DNA of 32,000 nt from Mycolicibacterium smegmatis (GTDB lineage: Bacteria; Actinomycetota; Actinomycetes; Mycobacteriales; Mycobacteriaceae): assembly GCF_001457595.1 (NCBI RefSeq), contig NZ_LN831039.1, forward strand, positions 1,980,001 to 2,012,000, read 5' to 3'. Both the position numbers and the translations under genes were made by a program. The notes beneath the pieces are model-generated. The model saw only the letters and a list, made by a program, of their open reading frames with translations. It was not told the DNA's origin and did no database searches. Below, piece after piece: positions 11,682 to 20,869 of the stretch; position 1 is the first letter of the stretch; every line of letters starts with the position of its first letter.

Positions 11682-12308
11682 TCAGCGCCGGCCCGGCGGC
11701 CGCGGCGCGTGCAGATCGAAACGCACGCCGACCATCCGGATCACGAAGCACACGGCCGCCGCGCTCAGTGCGGCCGCGGTGCCACGGTGGCCGAAGCTGT
11801 ACCCGGCCGCGGCGATCCCCGCGGCGATCAACGCCGGGATGGCGTAGAGCTCACTGCGCAGCACCGTGGGGATGCGGCCGATCATCACGTCGCGGATCGT
11901 GCCGCCTCCCACGGCTGTGACGGTGCCGACGATCATCGCCTGCGGCACACCGAATCCCAGATCCAGTGCCTTGTAGGCCGCGAGCACCGCGAACACGCTG
12001 AGCCCGACGGCGTCGAGCACCGTGATGGTCATCGAGAGGCGGTCGAGCGTGCGGTTGAGGACGAACGCGATCAGACCTCCGCCCGCCGCGAGCGCGAGAT
12101 ACCGCCAGTCGACGAACGTGGCGGGCGGTAGCGCGTCGAGCAGGACGTCGCGGATCGTGCCGCCGCCGAGGCCGGTGAACATGCCGAGCGTGATCACGCC
12201 GAAGATGTCGAGCCGTTCGGCGCGCACAGCCGTCAGCGCACCGTTCAACGCGAACGCGAACGTACCCACCAGATCCAGGGTCAGCAGCAGCGGCGAGTCG
12301 ATCGGCAT
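11682..12308 (-). CDS. TRIC/UPF0126 family channel-like membrane protein
   Basis: Duplicated GLGGGTIRDVLL / AVGGGTIRDVMIG motifs, seven hydrophobic stretches. Confidence 0.9.
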   Translation of the reverse strand: MPIDSPLLLTLDLVGTFAFALNGALTAVRAERLDIFGVITLGMFTGLGGGTIRDVLLDALPPATFVDWRYLALAAGGGLIAFVLNRTLDRLSMTITVLDAVGLSVFAVLAAYKALDLGFGVPQAMIVGTVTAVGGGTIRDVMIGRIPTVLRSELYAIPALIAAGIAAAGYSFGHRGTAAALSAAAVCFVIRMVGVRFDLHAPRPPGRR

Positions 12309-12317
12309 GCCCTGAAG

Positions 12318-13367
12318 CTACCGGTCGTCACCTCTGGCCGGGTGTCCGGCGTCGAGCCGTTCGCGCTGGGGAATCACGACGTACTTGGGGTCTTGTGTCG
12401 ACTGCACACCGGCCTCGAACACGCCGAACCGTTGCAGCGCACTGCCTGCGAGCAACGCTGCGCCCGACGCCGCGACCGCCCACCGGTTACGCCCCGACGC
12501 CACCGCGCCGACCGCGCCGCCGACCGTGAGGATCTCCGACCACTTGCGCAACGTGTGCGGCCTGCCGGTCGTGTAGGCCTCGCCCACCAGTCCGAGCCGG
12601 TGTTCCATCGTGCGCGACGCCGCCACCTCCAGCGCCGCGCCCGCCACCGCCATGCGGCGTGCCGGTCCGCTCTCGGACACCGGGGCCAGCAGCATGCCGA
12701 GGCCCGCACCGCTCGCGGCCGCGGACCCGGTGAAGATGAACGGTAGATAGGGGTGTGCCTCACGCCACGCCGGAACCGCGGTCTGCGACAACAACACCGC
12801 GGTGTACGAGGCGACGCCCGGTGCGACGGCGGCGGCCTCCAGCCCGGCGGGTCGCGCCGCGAAGTCCAGGAGCCGGCCGAGCCGGCTGCGGCGCAGGCGT
12901 TTCGGCATCAGCTCGGCCACCGCGGCGGCGCCCGCGCCAGGCCCGTAGCCGCTGAGGATCCAGGTGCCCATGCTCATCGGTGAGCTCGGCTTGGCGACGC
13001 GCAGCATGTGGTGGAACCGTTCGGGCCGCCCGAGATCGCCCACCAGGAAGTACATGCTGGCCAGCAGGCTCACGAGCGCGCCGACCCGGGACACCTTGCG
13101 CAGCTGTGGCCGTCCCGTCAGATCCGCACCGGCCGCCAACAGCGCCGAGCCCGCCGAGAGCCCACCGCTGAACAGGTACGCCGCGATCATCCAGTTCCAC
13201 ACCGGCGTCTTGAGGATCTGCCGTCCGTAGTACGAGCGGAATTCGGCTGGGGGAACGGCCATGTCGTCGCGCCCGCCGCGCCGGTGGCGCGTCTGGGCGT
13301 GCATGTCCGCGGCGCCGGCGTCGCTGGGCAACTCCCTCATGCGTCCTCCGTCGTGGCCTTTCGTCAT
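12318..13367 (-). CDS. NrfD-like / formate dehydrogenase membrane subunit
   Basis: ATG 13367 overlaps fdhB stop (ATGA); PVWNWMIAAYLFSGGLSAGSALLAAGADL and multiple TM segments typical of NrfD. Confidence 0.85.
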   Translation of the reverse strand: MTKGHDGGRMRELPSDAGAADMHAQTRHRRGGRDDMAVPPAEFRSYYGRQILKTPVWNWMIAAYLFSGGLSAGSALLAAGADLTGRPQLRKVSRVGALVSLLASMYFLVGDLGRPERFHHMLRVAKPSSPMSMGTWILSGYGPGAGAAAVAELMPKRLRRSRLGRLLDFAARPAGLEAAAVAPGVASYTAVLLSQTAVPAWREAHPYLPFIFTGSAAASGAGLGMLLAPVSESGPARRMAVAGAALEVAASRTMEHRLGLVGEAYTTGRPHTLRKWSEILTVGGAVGAVASGRNRWAVAASGAALLAGSALQRFGVFEAGVQSTQDPKYVVIPQRERLDAGHPARGDDR

Positions 13368-14278
13368 GTTCGGTGCCCCACGAACGCCGACACCGCGATC
13401 CCGACCAGCGCGCCGGCCGCCATGCCTGCGTAGCGCCACATCGCCCCGGCGTCGCGGGTGGGGACCACGGGATCAGGTGGCAGGCCGTACACCTCGGGTT
13501 CGTCGAGCAGCAGGAAGAACGCACCGTCGCCGCCCACACCGTCGTTCGGGTCGTGCCCGTACAGCCGTGCCTCGGTGACGCCACGCTCGTGCAGTTCCTC
13601 GACACGTCGCGCCGCGCGTTCACGCAGTTCGTCGAGTACGCCGAACTGGATCGAGTCGGTGGGGCAGGCCTTCGCGCACGCGGGTTCCAGGCCGTCGTGC
13701 AGCCGGTCGTAGCACAAGGTGCATTTCCAGGCCCGTCCGTCGCCCTCGCGCCGTTCGATCACGCCGTACGGGCAGCCGGACACGCAGTATCCGCAGCCGT
13801 TGCAGATGTCCTGTTGCACAACCACGGTCGAGAACTCGGTGCGGAACAACGCGCCCGTCGGGCAGACGTCGAGGCAGCCGGCGTGCGTGCAGTGCTTGCA
13901 CACGTCCGAGGCCATCAGCCACCGGAAGTCCTGCCGTGTCTCGGGTCCCGTGGCATCACCGGGACGCTCGAAGCCCGGCATGCCGAGATCCTCGGTGGTA
14001 CGGCTGGGTTCAGGGGCGGGTTGTTCGATGAACGCGACGTGGCGCCACGAGTTGGCGCCGAGGTTGCCGGTGTTGTCGAACGACATGCCCAGCAGGTTGA
14101 ACCCGTCGTCAGGCACACCGTTCCACTCCTTGCACGCGACCTCGCACGCCTTGCAGCCGATGCACACCGACGTATCGGTGAAAAACCCCACGCGTGGGGG
14201 ATGCTCGTCGTCGTAACCGGCGTCGGTCGCAGGGTCTTCGAGCGGGCCGTAGAAGCTGTTGCGGCGGTTCTCGCTCAT
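13364..14278 (-). CDS. fdhB: Formate dehydrogenase iron-sulfur (beta) subunit
   Basis: Multiple 4Fe-4S motifs CIGCKACEVACKEWNG, CKHCTHAGCLDVCPTGAL, CNGCGYCVSGCPYGVIER, CTLCYDRLHDGLEPACAKACP; C-terminal TM; ATGA overlap with catalytic subunit. Confidence 0.93.
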   Translation of the reverse strand: MSENRRNSFYGPLEDPATDAGYDDEHPPRVGFFTDTSVCIGCKACEVACKEWNGVPDDGFNLLGMSFDNTGNLGANSWRHVAFIEQPAPEPSRTTEDLGMPGFERPGDATGPETRQDFRWLMASDVCKHCTHAGCLDVCPTGALFRTEFSTVVVQQDICNGCGYCVSGCPYGVIERREGDGRAWKCTLCYDRLHDGLEPACAKACPTDSIQFGVLDELRERAARRVEELHERGVTEARLYGHDPNDGVGGDGAFFLLLDEPEVYGLPPDPVVPTRDAGAMWRYAGMAAGALVGIAVSAFVGHRT

Positions 14279-17200
14279 GGCGACTCCTCGGTGTGGTCCG
14301 GCGACTCCCGTGTGGTGTCCAACCGGGTACCCGTCTCGGGCGTGATCTGCGCGCGTTCCCGGTAGCCGCGCAGATAGCCCAGCAGTTGCGGCCCGCGCGG
14401 GCGCCGGCCCGGCTGGATGTCGCACGTCGCGACCTTGCTCTCCTGGATGAACACGTTGGGATCGGCGACGACGCCCAGCAGATCGTTGACCACGTCGCCG
14501 TCGACCAGGCCGACGCTGCCCCAGTGGTACGGCATCCAGATCTGGTGCACCACATGGTCTTCGACGCGCAGCGGGCGCATCCGGTCGGTCACGAACACGC
14601 GTGCGTCCACGGCGGCGCGGCTGGTGACGACGTGCGCCCACTCCATGTGCTCCAGGCCGCGCATCCGTGCGAGTTCGGGCGACACCTCGACGAACAGCGC
14701 GGGCTGCAACTCCGCAAGGTAGGGCAGTTGACGGCTCATGCCGCCCGCGGTGTGATGCTCGGTCAACCGGGCCGCGGTGAACACGAACGGGAACACCTCA
14801 CCATGGGCGTCGGGCCACGACGGGTTCGACGGGTTGTCCTGGCGCCCATAGACTTTGCGCGCCGGGTTGGCCTGCTGGCGGTACAGCGGATTACGCACCG
14901 GTGACTCGTGTGGCTCGTAGTGCGTCGGCAACGGCCCGTCGGCCACGCCGCTCGGCGCGAACAGCCACGCCTTGCCGTCGGCCTGCATCACGAACGGGTC
15001 GTCGCCGCGCAGCGCCTCGACACCGACGGCGCTCGGCGACGGCCGGTAGTCGGGCGGCTTGGTCTTCTCGAAGTCAGGGACGTCGTACCCGGTCCACTCG
15101 CCCTTCTGCTCGTCCCACCACACGAGTTTCTTGCGCTCACTCCACGGACGGCCCTGCGGGTCGGCCGACGCCCGGTTGTAGAGCACCCGCCGGTTCATCG
15201 GCCAGGTCCAGCCCCACTCGTTGTCGTAGGGGCCCGTCTCGGTGTGCGGCGTGCGCCGCGCGGACTGGTTCACGTCGCCGGCGTAGACGCCGCTGTAGAT
15301 CCAGCATCCGCACGCGGTGGTGCCATCGGCCTTGAGCGACAGGTAGTTGTCGACGGCCCGGTCGGTGGTGAGGTCGACGCCGTTGATGCGGCGCAGCACG
15401 TCCTCGCCCGAGGGCTCGTCGCCGTCCAGTTCGTAGTCCCACCACAGATCGAGCAGCGGGCGGTCGCGCTCATCGGTTGAGCCCGCGAGCTTTTCGCGCA
15501 GGATGCGGCCCAGGTGGTAGAAGAACCACAACTCGCTGCGCGCGTCGCCGGGCGGTTCGACGGCCTGCTCGCGCCACTGCAGCATGCGTTGGGTCTGCGT
15601 GAACGTGCCCGACTTCTCCACGTGCGAGGCCGCGGGGAACAGGAACACCTCGGTGCGGCAGGTCTGCGGAGTGATCTCGCCCGTCTCCACCTCGGGCCCG
15701 TCCTTCCAGAACGTGGCGCTCTCGATCTCGACGAGATCGCGCACCACCAGCCAGTCGAGATTCGCCATGCCCAACCGCTGCAGCCGGCCGTGCGCCGAAC
15801 CGACGGCCGGGTTCTGGCCCAGCAGGAAGTAGCCGAACACCTTGCCGTCGACCATGTCCATCACCGTGCGGTACGTGCCGTGGTCGCCGTTGATGCGGGG
15901 GAGATAGTCGAAACAGAAGTCGTTGTCGGCGGTCGCGTTGTCGCCCCAGTATTCCTTGAGCAGCGACACCATGTAGGCATCTGCGTTGTGCCAGAAGCCT
16001 TTCTGGTTGGTGCTGATGATGTCGTCGAGGTAATCGGCCAGCGACTCCTGACCGGCGTGCGGCATCGCGAGGTAACCGGGCAGCAGATTGAACAGCGTCG
16101 GCACGTCCGTCGAACCCTGGATGCTGGCGTGGCCCCGCAACGCGAACACCCCGCCGCCGGGCCTGCCGATGTTGCCCAGCAGCAGCTGGATGATCGACCC
16201 GGCGCGGATGAACTGCGCGCCCAGTGTGTGCTGGGTCCATCCGACGCTGTACACCAGTGCCGTGGTGCGCTCGCGGTTGGAGTTCTCGGTCCACTTGCGG
16301 GCGATCTGGAGGAACTGTTCGGCGGGCACGCCGCACACGCGTTCGACCATCTCGGGGGTGTACCGCGCGTAGTGCCGCTTGAGGATCTGGTACACGCACC
16401 GGGGGTGCTGCAGCGTCGGGTCGTTCGGGATGTCGCCCGCCGCGCCCTCCACCGGCGGTCCGCCGGAACCGGACTGGTACGGCACCGACCGTTCCTTGGC
16501 GTCGGCGCCGTCCTCCTCGGCGTCGGTGCGTTCGTACTGCCAGGTCGACGAGTCGTACGACGCGGTGGCCTCGTCGTAGCCCGAGAACAGCCCGTCGAGG
16601 TCCTCAGCGTCCCGGAATTCTCTGTCGACGATGAACGACGCGTTGGTGTACGCGGTGACGTACTCCCGGAAGTCGAGTTCGTTGGACAGGATGTAGTTGA
16701 TCACCCCACCGAGGAACGCGATGTCACTACCGGCGCGCAGCGGCACATGGCGGTCGGCCAGCGCGCTGGTGCGGGTGAATCGTGGGTCGATGTGCACGAC
16801 CTCGGTGCCCCGCGACTTCGCCTCCATCACCCACTGGAACCCGACCGGATGGGCCTCGGCCATGTTGCTGCCCATGATGACGATGAAGTCGGAATTGACG
16901 AGGTCCTGCTGATAGTCCGTCGCCCCGCCGCGACCGAAGGAGGCTCCCAGACCGGGAACCGTGGCGCTGTGTCAAATACGCGCCTGGTTCTCGATCTGTA
17001 AGGCCCCCAGGGCGGTGAAGAGCTTCTTGATCAGGTAGTTCTCTTCGTTGTCCAGCGTCGCGCCGCCGAGGCTCGCGATGCCCATGGTGCGGCGCAACGT
17101 GTTCCGGTCCTTGTCGAACTGCTGCCAGCCCTTCTCGCGCGCGTCGAGGACACGCTCGGCGACCATCTGCATGGCCGTCTCGAGGTCGAGTTCCTGCCAT

Positions 17201-17541
17201 TCGGTGGCATAGGGCGCGCGGTACTTGATCTTGGTGAGCCGCTGCGGTCCGGTGACCAGCTGCTTGCTCGCCGAGCCCTTCGGGCACAGCCGGCCCCGCG
17301 AGATGGGGCTGTCCGGGTTGCCTTCGATCTGGGTGACCTTGCCGTCTTTGACGTAGACCTTCTGCGCGCAGCCCACGGCGCAGAACGGGCACACCGAATG
17401 CGCGATGTGGTCGGCGTCGGCGGTCCGTGGTGTCAGGGTCAGCGAGCGCTTCGACTGCGCGGCCTTACCACGGCCCAGGGCGTCGGCACCGGTGATCTGC
17501 CGGTACACGGGCCACGACTCGATCAACTTGCGGAAGTCCAT
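14275..17541 (-). CDS. fdhA: Selenocysteine-containing formate dehydrogenase catalytic subunit (TGA at 16972-16974 decoded as Sec)
   Basis: 189-aa N-terminal part with CPFCAVGCAQKV Fe-S motif ends ...LGALQIENQARI[TGA], continuing in the same frame as HSATVPGLGASFGRGGATDYQQDLVNSDFIVIMGSNMAEAHPVGF... to 14275; matches the classic ENQAR-U-HS... FDH active-site context; GGAGG RBS before ATG 17541. Confidence 0.95.
16942..16960 (-). promoter_or_regulatory. Bacterial SECIS hairpin
   Basis: Minus strand TGA-CACAGCGCCAC-GGTTCCC-GGTCT-GGGAGCC: 7-bp stem (one G.U), GGTCT apical loop, 11 nt after UGA, same geometry and loop as recalled E. coli fdhF SECIS. Confidence 0.9.
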
Positions 17542-17563
17542 ACCGTCCTCCTACCCATCTGCT

Positions 17564-17581
17564 GTCGATCAAACCATCGAC
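17564..17581. promoter_or_regulatory. Candidate operator/inverted repeat upstream of the fdh operon
   Basis: GTCGAT-N6-ATCGAC, perfect 6-bp arms, 23 bp upstream of the fdhA start. Confidence 0.4.
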
Positions 17582-17731
17582 GGCTGGATGCCGCCTGGCA
17601 GTTGCTGCACCTCTGCACCGCGAGAGGCACCGCACTTTGCACCGCGAGCGTGCGGGTCTGCCCGTCGACACCCCGGGTTTTGTCAGCAGTCGGTGCACGT
17701 TCGGCGAGGGTGAGCGGGCGCTGACCGCTGG

Positions 17732-19444
17732 TCAGTCAGCCTGGCCGGTGTCACCCGCACGGCGGACGCGGACCGTCCGGGTCCCGTCGTCCGCACGCGT
17801 GGTGACCCCGCGCGCATCGAGCTGTTCGAGCAGCGGGACCGCCACGCGCCGGGTGGTGTTCAAGGCGCGTTTGGCTTCGGCGACGGTGAACGGCTGCGGC
17901 AGCCCGACGAGGACCTCGGCGGCACGATCGAAGGCGTCAGGACCGAGTACGACGCCGTCGGCGACCCTGACGAACCGGCCCGCACGCACCGCTGCGGCGA
18001 GCTCCTTGGGCCCCAGGTTCAACTCGGCGAGCTCAGCGGCCTCGGGCGCGCGGAACGGTTCGGCCGCGAGCCATTCCCGCACGGTCTGCACGGCCTTGTC
18101 GACGCGTGGCGGCAAGGCAACACCAGGCCGCTGCACCAGACCGTCGCGCAGTTGCAGACCAGTGCCGTCGAGCAACGCCGGCACCAGTTCGACGGCGGGC
18201 AACCCGACCCGTTGGCGCAGCGTCTCGAACGGCATGCCCGCCGCGATATCGTGCTCGGCCGCCCACTGCTCGACCGCTGCCAGTGCCAGTCGCCGCCGCT
18301 CGGCCCACCACTCCGGGGACACCACCCAGTCGCCGATTCGCTCACCGACAACCTCGAACCCCATTGCGCGCAGATCTTTGGCGCGGGCACACACCGGCGG
18401 TGTGACCCGGCCGGTCGCGAGTGCGGCGGCCCGGGCGCGGGCATCGCCTCGTCGGCGCAGCGGCGCAGGCCGCACATCGAGCACCTCGACACCGGCGACG
18501 ATGCGGTGTGCGCCAGGATCTCTCAACAACCCGATATCGCCGATGCGCAACGGCAGTGCGCGCGTGAGGCGCAGGCGGGCGCCGACATCACCGAGCGGTC
18601 GCACATGTACCGGCACCGACGCCGAACCGATGTGCAGCGTCAGCTTCTGGTGCAGCTTGCCCGCCGAACGCAACACCACGTCGACCTCGGAGGTGTCCAA
18701 CCAGGCCCCCGGCGTCCGGACCGCGTCGCCGCGGCGGAGGCTCTCCCGTTCGACACCACGCAGATTCACCGCGACGCGAGCCACGGCCGACACCGCGTCG
18801 CGATCCCGGCCGAGCGACTGCAGGCCCCGTACCGTGACCAGCCGACCGTCGCGTTCGAGTTGGTCGCCGACGCGGATGGTCCCTGCGGCAAGGGTGCCCG
18901 TGACCACCGTGCCCGCGCCGCGCACGGTGAACGAGCGGTCGACCCACAGCCGCACGTCGGAGTCGGTTGCGGGAGCGGGCAATCGGTCGACCAAGGCGAC
19001 CAACTCGGCCTGTACGGAACCCAGATCGGTGCCGAGCACCACACGCGCGTCCGGAATCCGGTCGCGCACCTGGGCGATGGCGCGTGCTGGGTCGGCGAGA
19101 TCAGCCTTGCTGATCACCACCAGGGTGTGCCGCACACCGAGGGCTTCGAGTGCGGCGAGATGTTCTTCGGACTGCGGCATCCAGCCCTCGGTGGCCGCGA
19201 CGACGAACATCGTGGCCGGGACGGGCCCGACCCCCGCCAACATGTTGCCGACGAACCGTTCGTGCCCGGGCACGTCGACGAACGCGATGTCACGCCCCTC
19301 CAGCGTCGTCCACGCGAAACCGAGATCGATCGTCAGACCACGACGCTGCTCCTCGACGAGGCGGTCGGGCCACATCCCGGTGAGCCGGTGTACCAGTGTG
19401 GATTTCCCGTGGTCGACATGACCCGCGGTTGCTACGACGAACAT
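17732..19444 (-). CDS. selB: Selenocysteine-specific translation elongation factor
   Basis: Starts MFVVATAGHVDHGKSTLVHRLTGMWPDR; GTPase G motifs, C-terminal winged-helix region. Confidence 0.95.
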   Translation of the reverse strand: MFVVATAGHVDHGKSTLVHRLTGMWPDRLVEEQRRGLTIDLGFAWTTLEGRDIAFVDVPGHERFVGNMLAGVGPVPATMFVVAATEGWMPQSEEHLAALEALGVRHTLVVISKADLADPARAIAQVRDRIPDARVVLGTDLGSVQAELVALVDRLPAPATDSDVRLWVDRSFTVRGAGTVVTGTLAAGTIRVGDQLERDGRLVTVRGLQSLGRDRDAVSAVARVAVNLRGVERESLRRGDAVRTPGAWLDTSEVDVVLRSAGKLHQKLTLHIGSASVPVHVRPLGDVGARLRLTRALPLRIGDIGLLRDPGAHRIVAGVEVLDVRPAPLRRRGDARARAAALATGRVTPPVCARAKDLRAMGFEVVGERIGDWVVSPEWWAERRRLALAAVEQWAAEHDIAAGMPFETLRQRVGLPAVELVPALLDGTGLQLRDGLVQRPGVALPPRVDKAVQTVREWLAAEPFRAPEAAELAELNLGPKELAAAVRAGRFVRVADGVVLGPDAFDRAAEVLVGLPQPFTVAEAKRALNTTRRVAVPLLEQLDARGVTTRADDGTRTVRVRRAGDTGQAD

Positions 19445-20712
19445 GCGCGGACAGCCTCGACCAACTTGCCGTCGTCCTCGGGGGCGACGGTGCGCAGGTC
19501 CAGCAGGCAGCGTCCGTTTTCCAGCCGCCCGACGACCGACGGGTTGCCGACGCGCAGCGGAGCGGCATACGCCTCGGGCAGACTGACTGCCGCACTGGGT
19601 AATTCAACGTCTGGCGCCCCACCACCGCCGACAGCCGCAGTGCAGTCCACAGCCTTCGCGTCGGGAAGCAGCGATGCCAGGCGACCGGCCCGCACGCGTA
19701 GGGACTCGACGTCGACGCTCAACGCCTGTGCGACGGGCGGAGGGGGACCCGTCAGGGTCGCCTCCAACGCGGCGAGGGTCAGCTTGTCAACACGCAGGGC
19801 GCGCGCCGCGGGATGTCTGCGCAACCGCTCGATCAGATCCTCGGTGCCGAACAGCAGACCGGCCTGGGGCCCGCCGAGCAGCTTGTCACCCGACGCGGTG
19901 ACCAGATCGGCGCCGTCGCGCAGCATCGTCGTCGCATCGGGCTCGTCGGGGAGCAACGGATGCGGCGTCAGCAGGCCCGAGCCGATGTCGACCACCAGCG
20001 GTGCGCCGAGTGCGGCGAGTTCACGAACCGGCACCGACGACGTGAACCCGCTGACGGAGTAATTGGACGGATGCACCTTGAGCACGAACCCGGTGTCGGG
20101 GCCGACGGCGTCGGCGTAGTCGCGCAGGTGGGTGCGGTTGGTGGTGCCCACCTCTCGAATACGCGACCCGGTCGACTCCATAAGCGCGGGCAGACGGAAG
20201 CCGTCGCCGATCTCGATGAGCTCACCGCGGCTGACGATCATCTCCTTGCCCGGCGCCAATGTCATCGCGGCGAGCAGCAGCGCTGCGGCGTTGTTGTTCA
20301 CGACGTGTACGCCGCCTGCGGTGGGGACGGCGCGCGCGAGCGCGGCCAACGCTCCGCGGCCCCGCCGGGCCCGGCGGCCGGTCTCCAGGTCGAATTCGAC
20401 GTCGGTGGCGCCGCTGGCGGTGACGACGGCGTCGATCGCGGCGCGCGACAGCGGTGCCCGGCCCAGGTTGGTGTGTACGACGACGCCGGTGGCGTTGATG
20501 ACCGGTCGCAGGCTCGTCGCGCCTGTCGGCAGGGCGGCGACGGCGGCGTCGGCGACCTGCTCAGGAGGTATCTCACCGGCCCGCGCCTTCTGCTGCGCTT
20601 CGGCGATCACGGATTTCACCAGCGCGCGGCCCAGCAGCTGTTCGGCCGCGGCGAGGCGCGGGTCGGCGAGCAGCGTGTCGGTGCGGGGCACCCGGCGACG
20701 GGGATCAGTCAT
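19432..20712 (-). CDS. selA: L-seryl-tRNA(Sec) selenium transferase
   Basis: RPVINATGVVVHTNLGRAPL and DLVTASGDKLLGGPQAGLLFG (PLP Lys) motifs; 13-bp overlap with selB. Confidence 0.96.
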   Translation of the reverse strand: MTDPRRRVPRTDTLLADPRLAAAEQLLGRALVKSVIAEAQQKARAGEIPPEQVADAAVAALPTGATSLRPVINATGVVVHTNLGRAPLSRAAIDAVVTASGATDVEFDLETGRRARRGRGALAALARAVPTAGGVHVVNNNAAALLLAAMTLAPGKEMIVSRGELIEIGDGFRLPALMESTGSRIREVGTTNRTHLRDYADAVGPDTGFVLKVHPSNYSVSGFTSSVPVRELAALGAPLVVDIGSGLLTPHPLLPDEPDATTMLRDGADLVTASGDKLLGGPQAGLLFGTEDLIERLRRHPAARALRVDKLTLAALEATLTGPPPPVAQALSVDVESLRVRAGRLASLLPDAKAVDCTAAVGGGGAPDVELPSAAVSLPEAYAAPLRVGNPSVVGRLENGRCLLDLRTVAPEDDGKLVEAVRACSS

Positions 20713-20735
20713 GGAGGAGCGGTCCTGGCATTCGA

Positions 20736-20830
20736 TGGCGGAGGCGGACGGGAATCGAACCCGCCAGCGGCAGAAACTGTCGCTCAGCGATTTTGAAGAC
20801 CGCGCCGGTCACCAGACCGGATACGCCTCC
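20736..20830 (-). tRNA. selC: tRNA-Sec (anticodon UCA)
   Basis: 95-nt cloverleaf: 5' GGAGGCGT / 3' CCGCCTCC-G-CCA, 6-bp D stem CCGGTC/GACCGG with 4-nt loop, anticodon loop CTTCAAA, long variable arm AGCGACAG-TTT-CTGCCGCT, T arm GCGGG-TTCGATT-CCCGT; CCA encoded. Confidence 0.96.
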
Positions 20831-20869
20831 GTGACCCATCGCTCCATCATTACAGGCAACATGGTCTTC

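Noticed and set aside
13364-14641. 425-aa version of fdhB starting at 14641
   Set aside because: The extra N-terminus is in the region of the catalytic subunit gene; MSENRRNSFYGPLEDP at 14278 overlaps the fdhA stop by ATGA and fits Fe-S subunit length.
15514-17001. 495-aa and similar long ORFs opposite the formate dehydrogenase gene
   Set aside because: Shadow ORFs of a high-GC gene; the opposite strand has clear FDH motifs.
14275-17541. Possible frameshifted or nonsense-mutated fdhA pseudogene
   Set aside because: The only interruption is a TGA at the conserved Sec position, with SECIS and the full sel machinery alongside, so recoding explains it.
17637-20062. 594-aa and 636-aa plus-strand ORFs over selB/selA
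   Set aside because: Low-complexity Ser/Arg/Thr-rich shadow frames antisense to selB and selA.
20132-20869. 576-aa extended start of selD from the ORF track
   Set aside because: The extension passes through tRNA-Sec and antisense to selA; SelD homology begins at MTYRLTQYAHGGG (20870).
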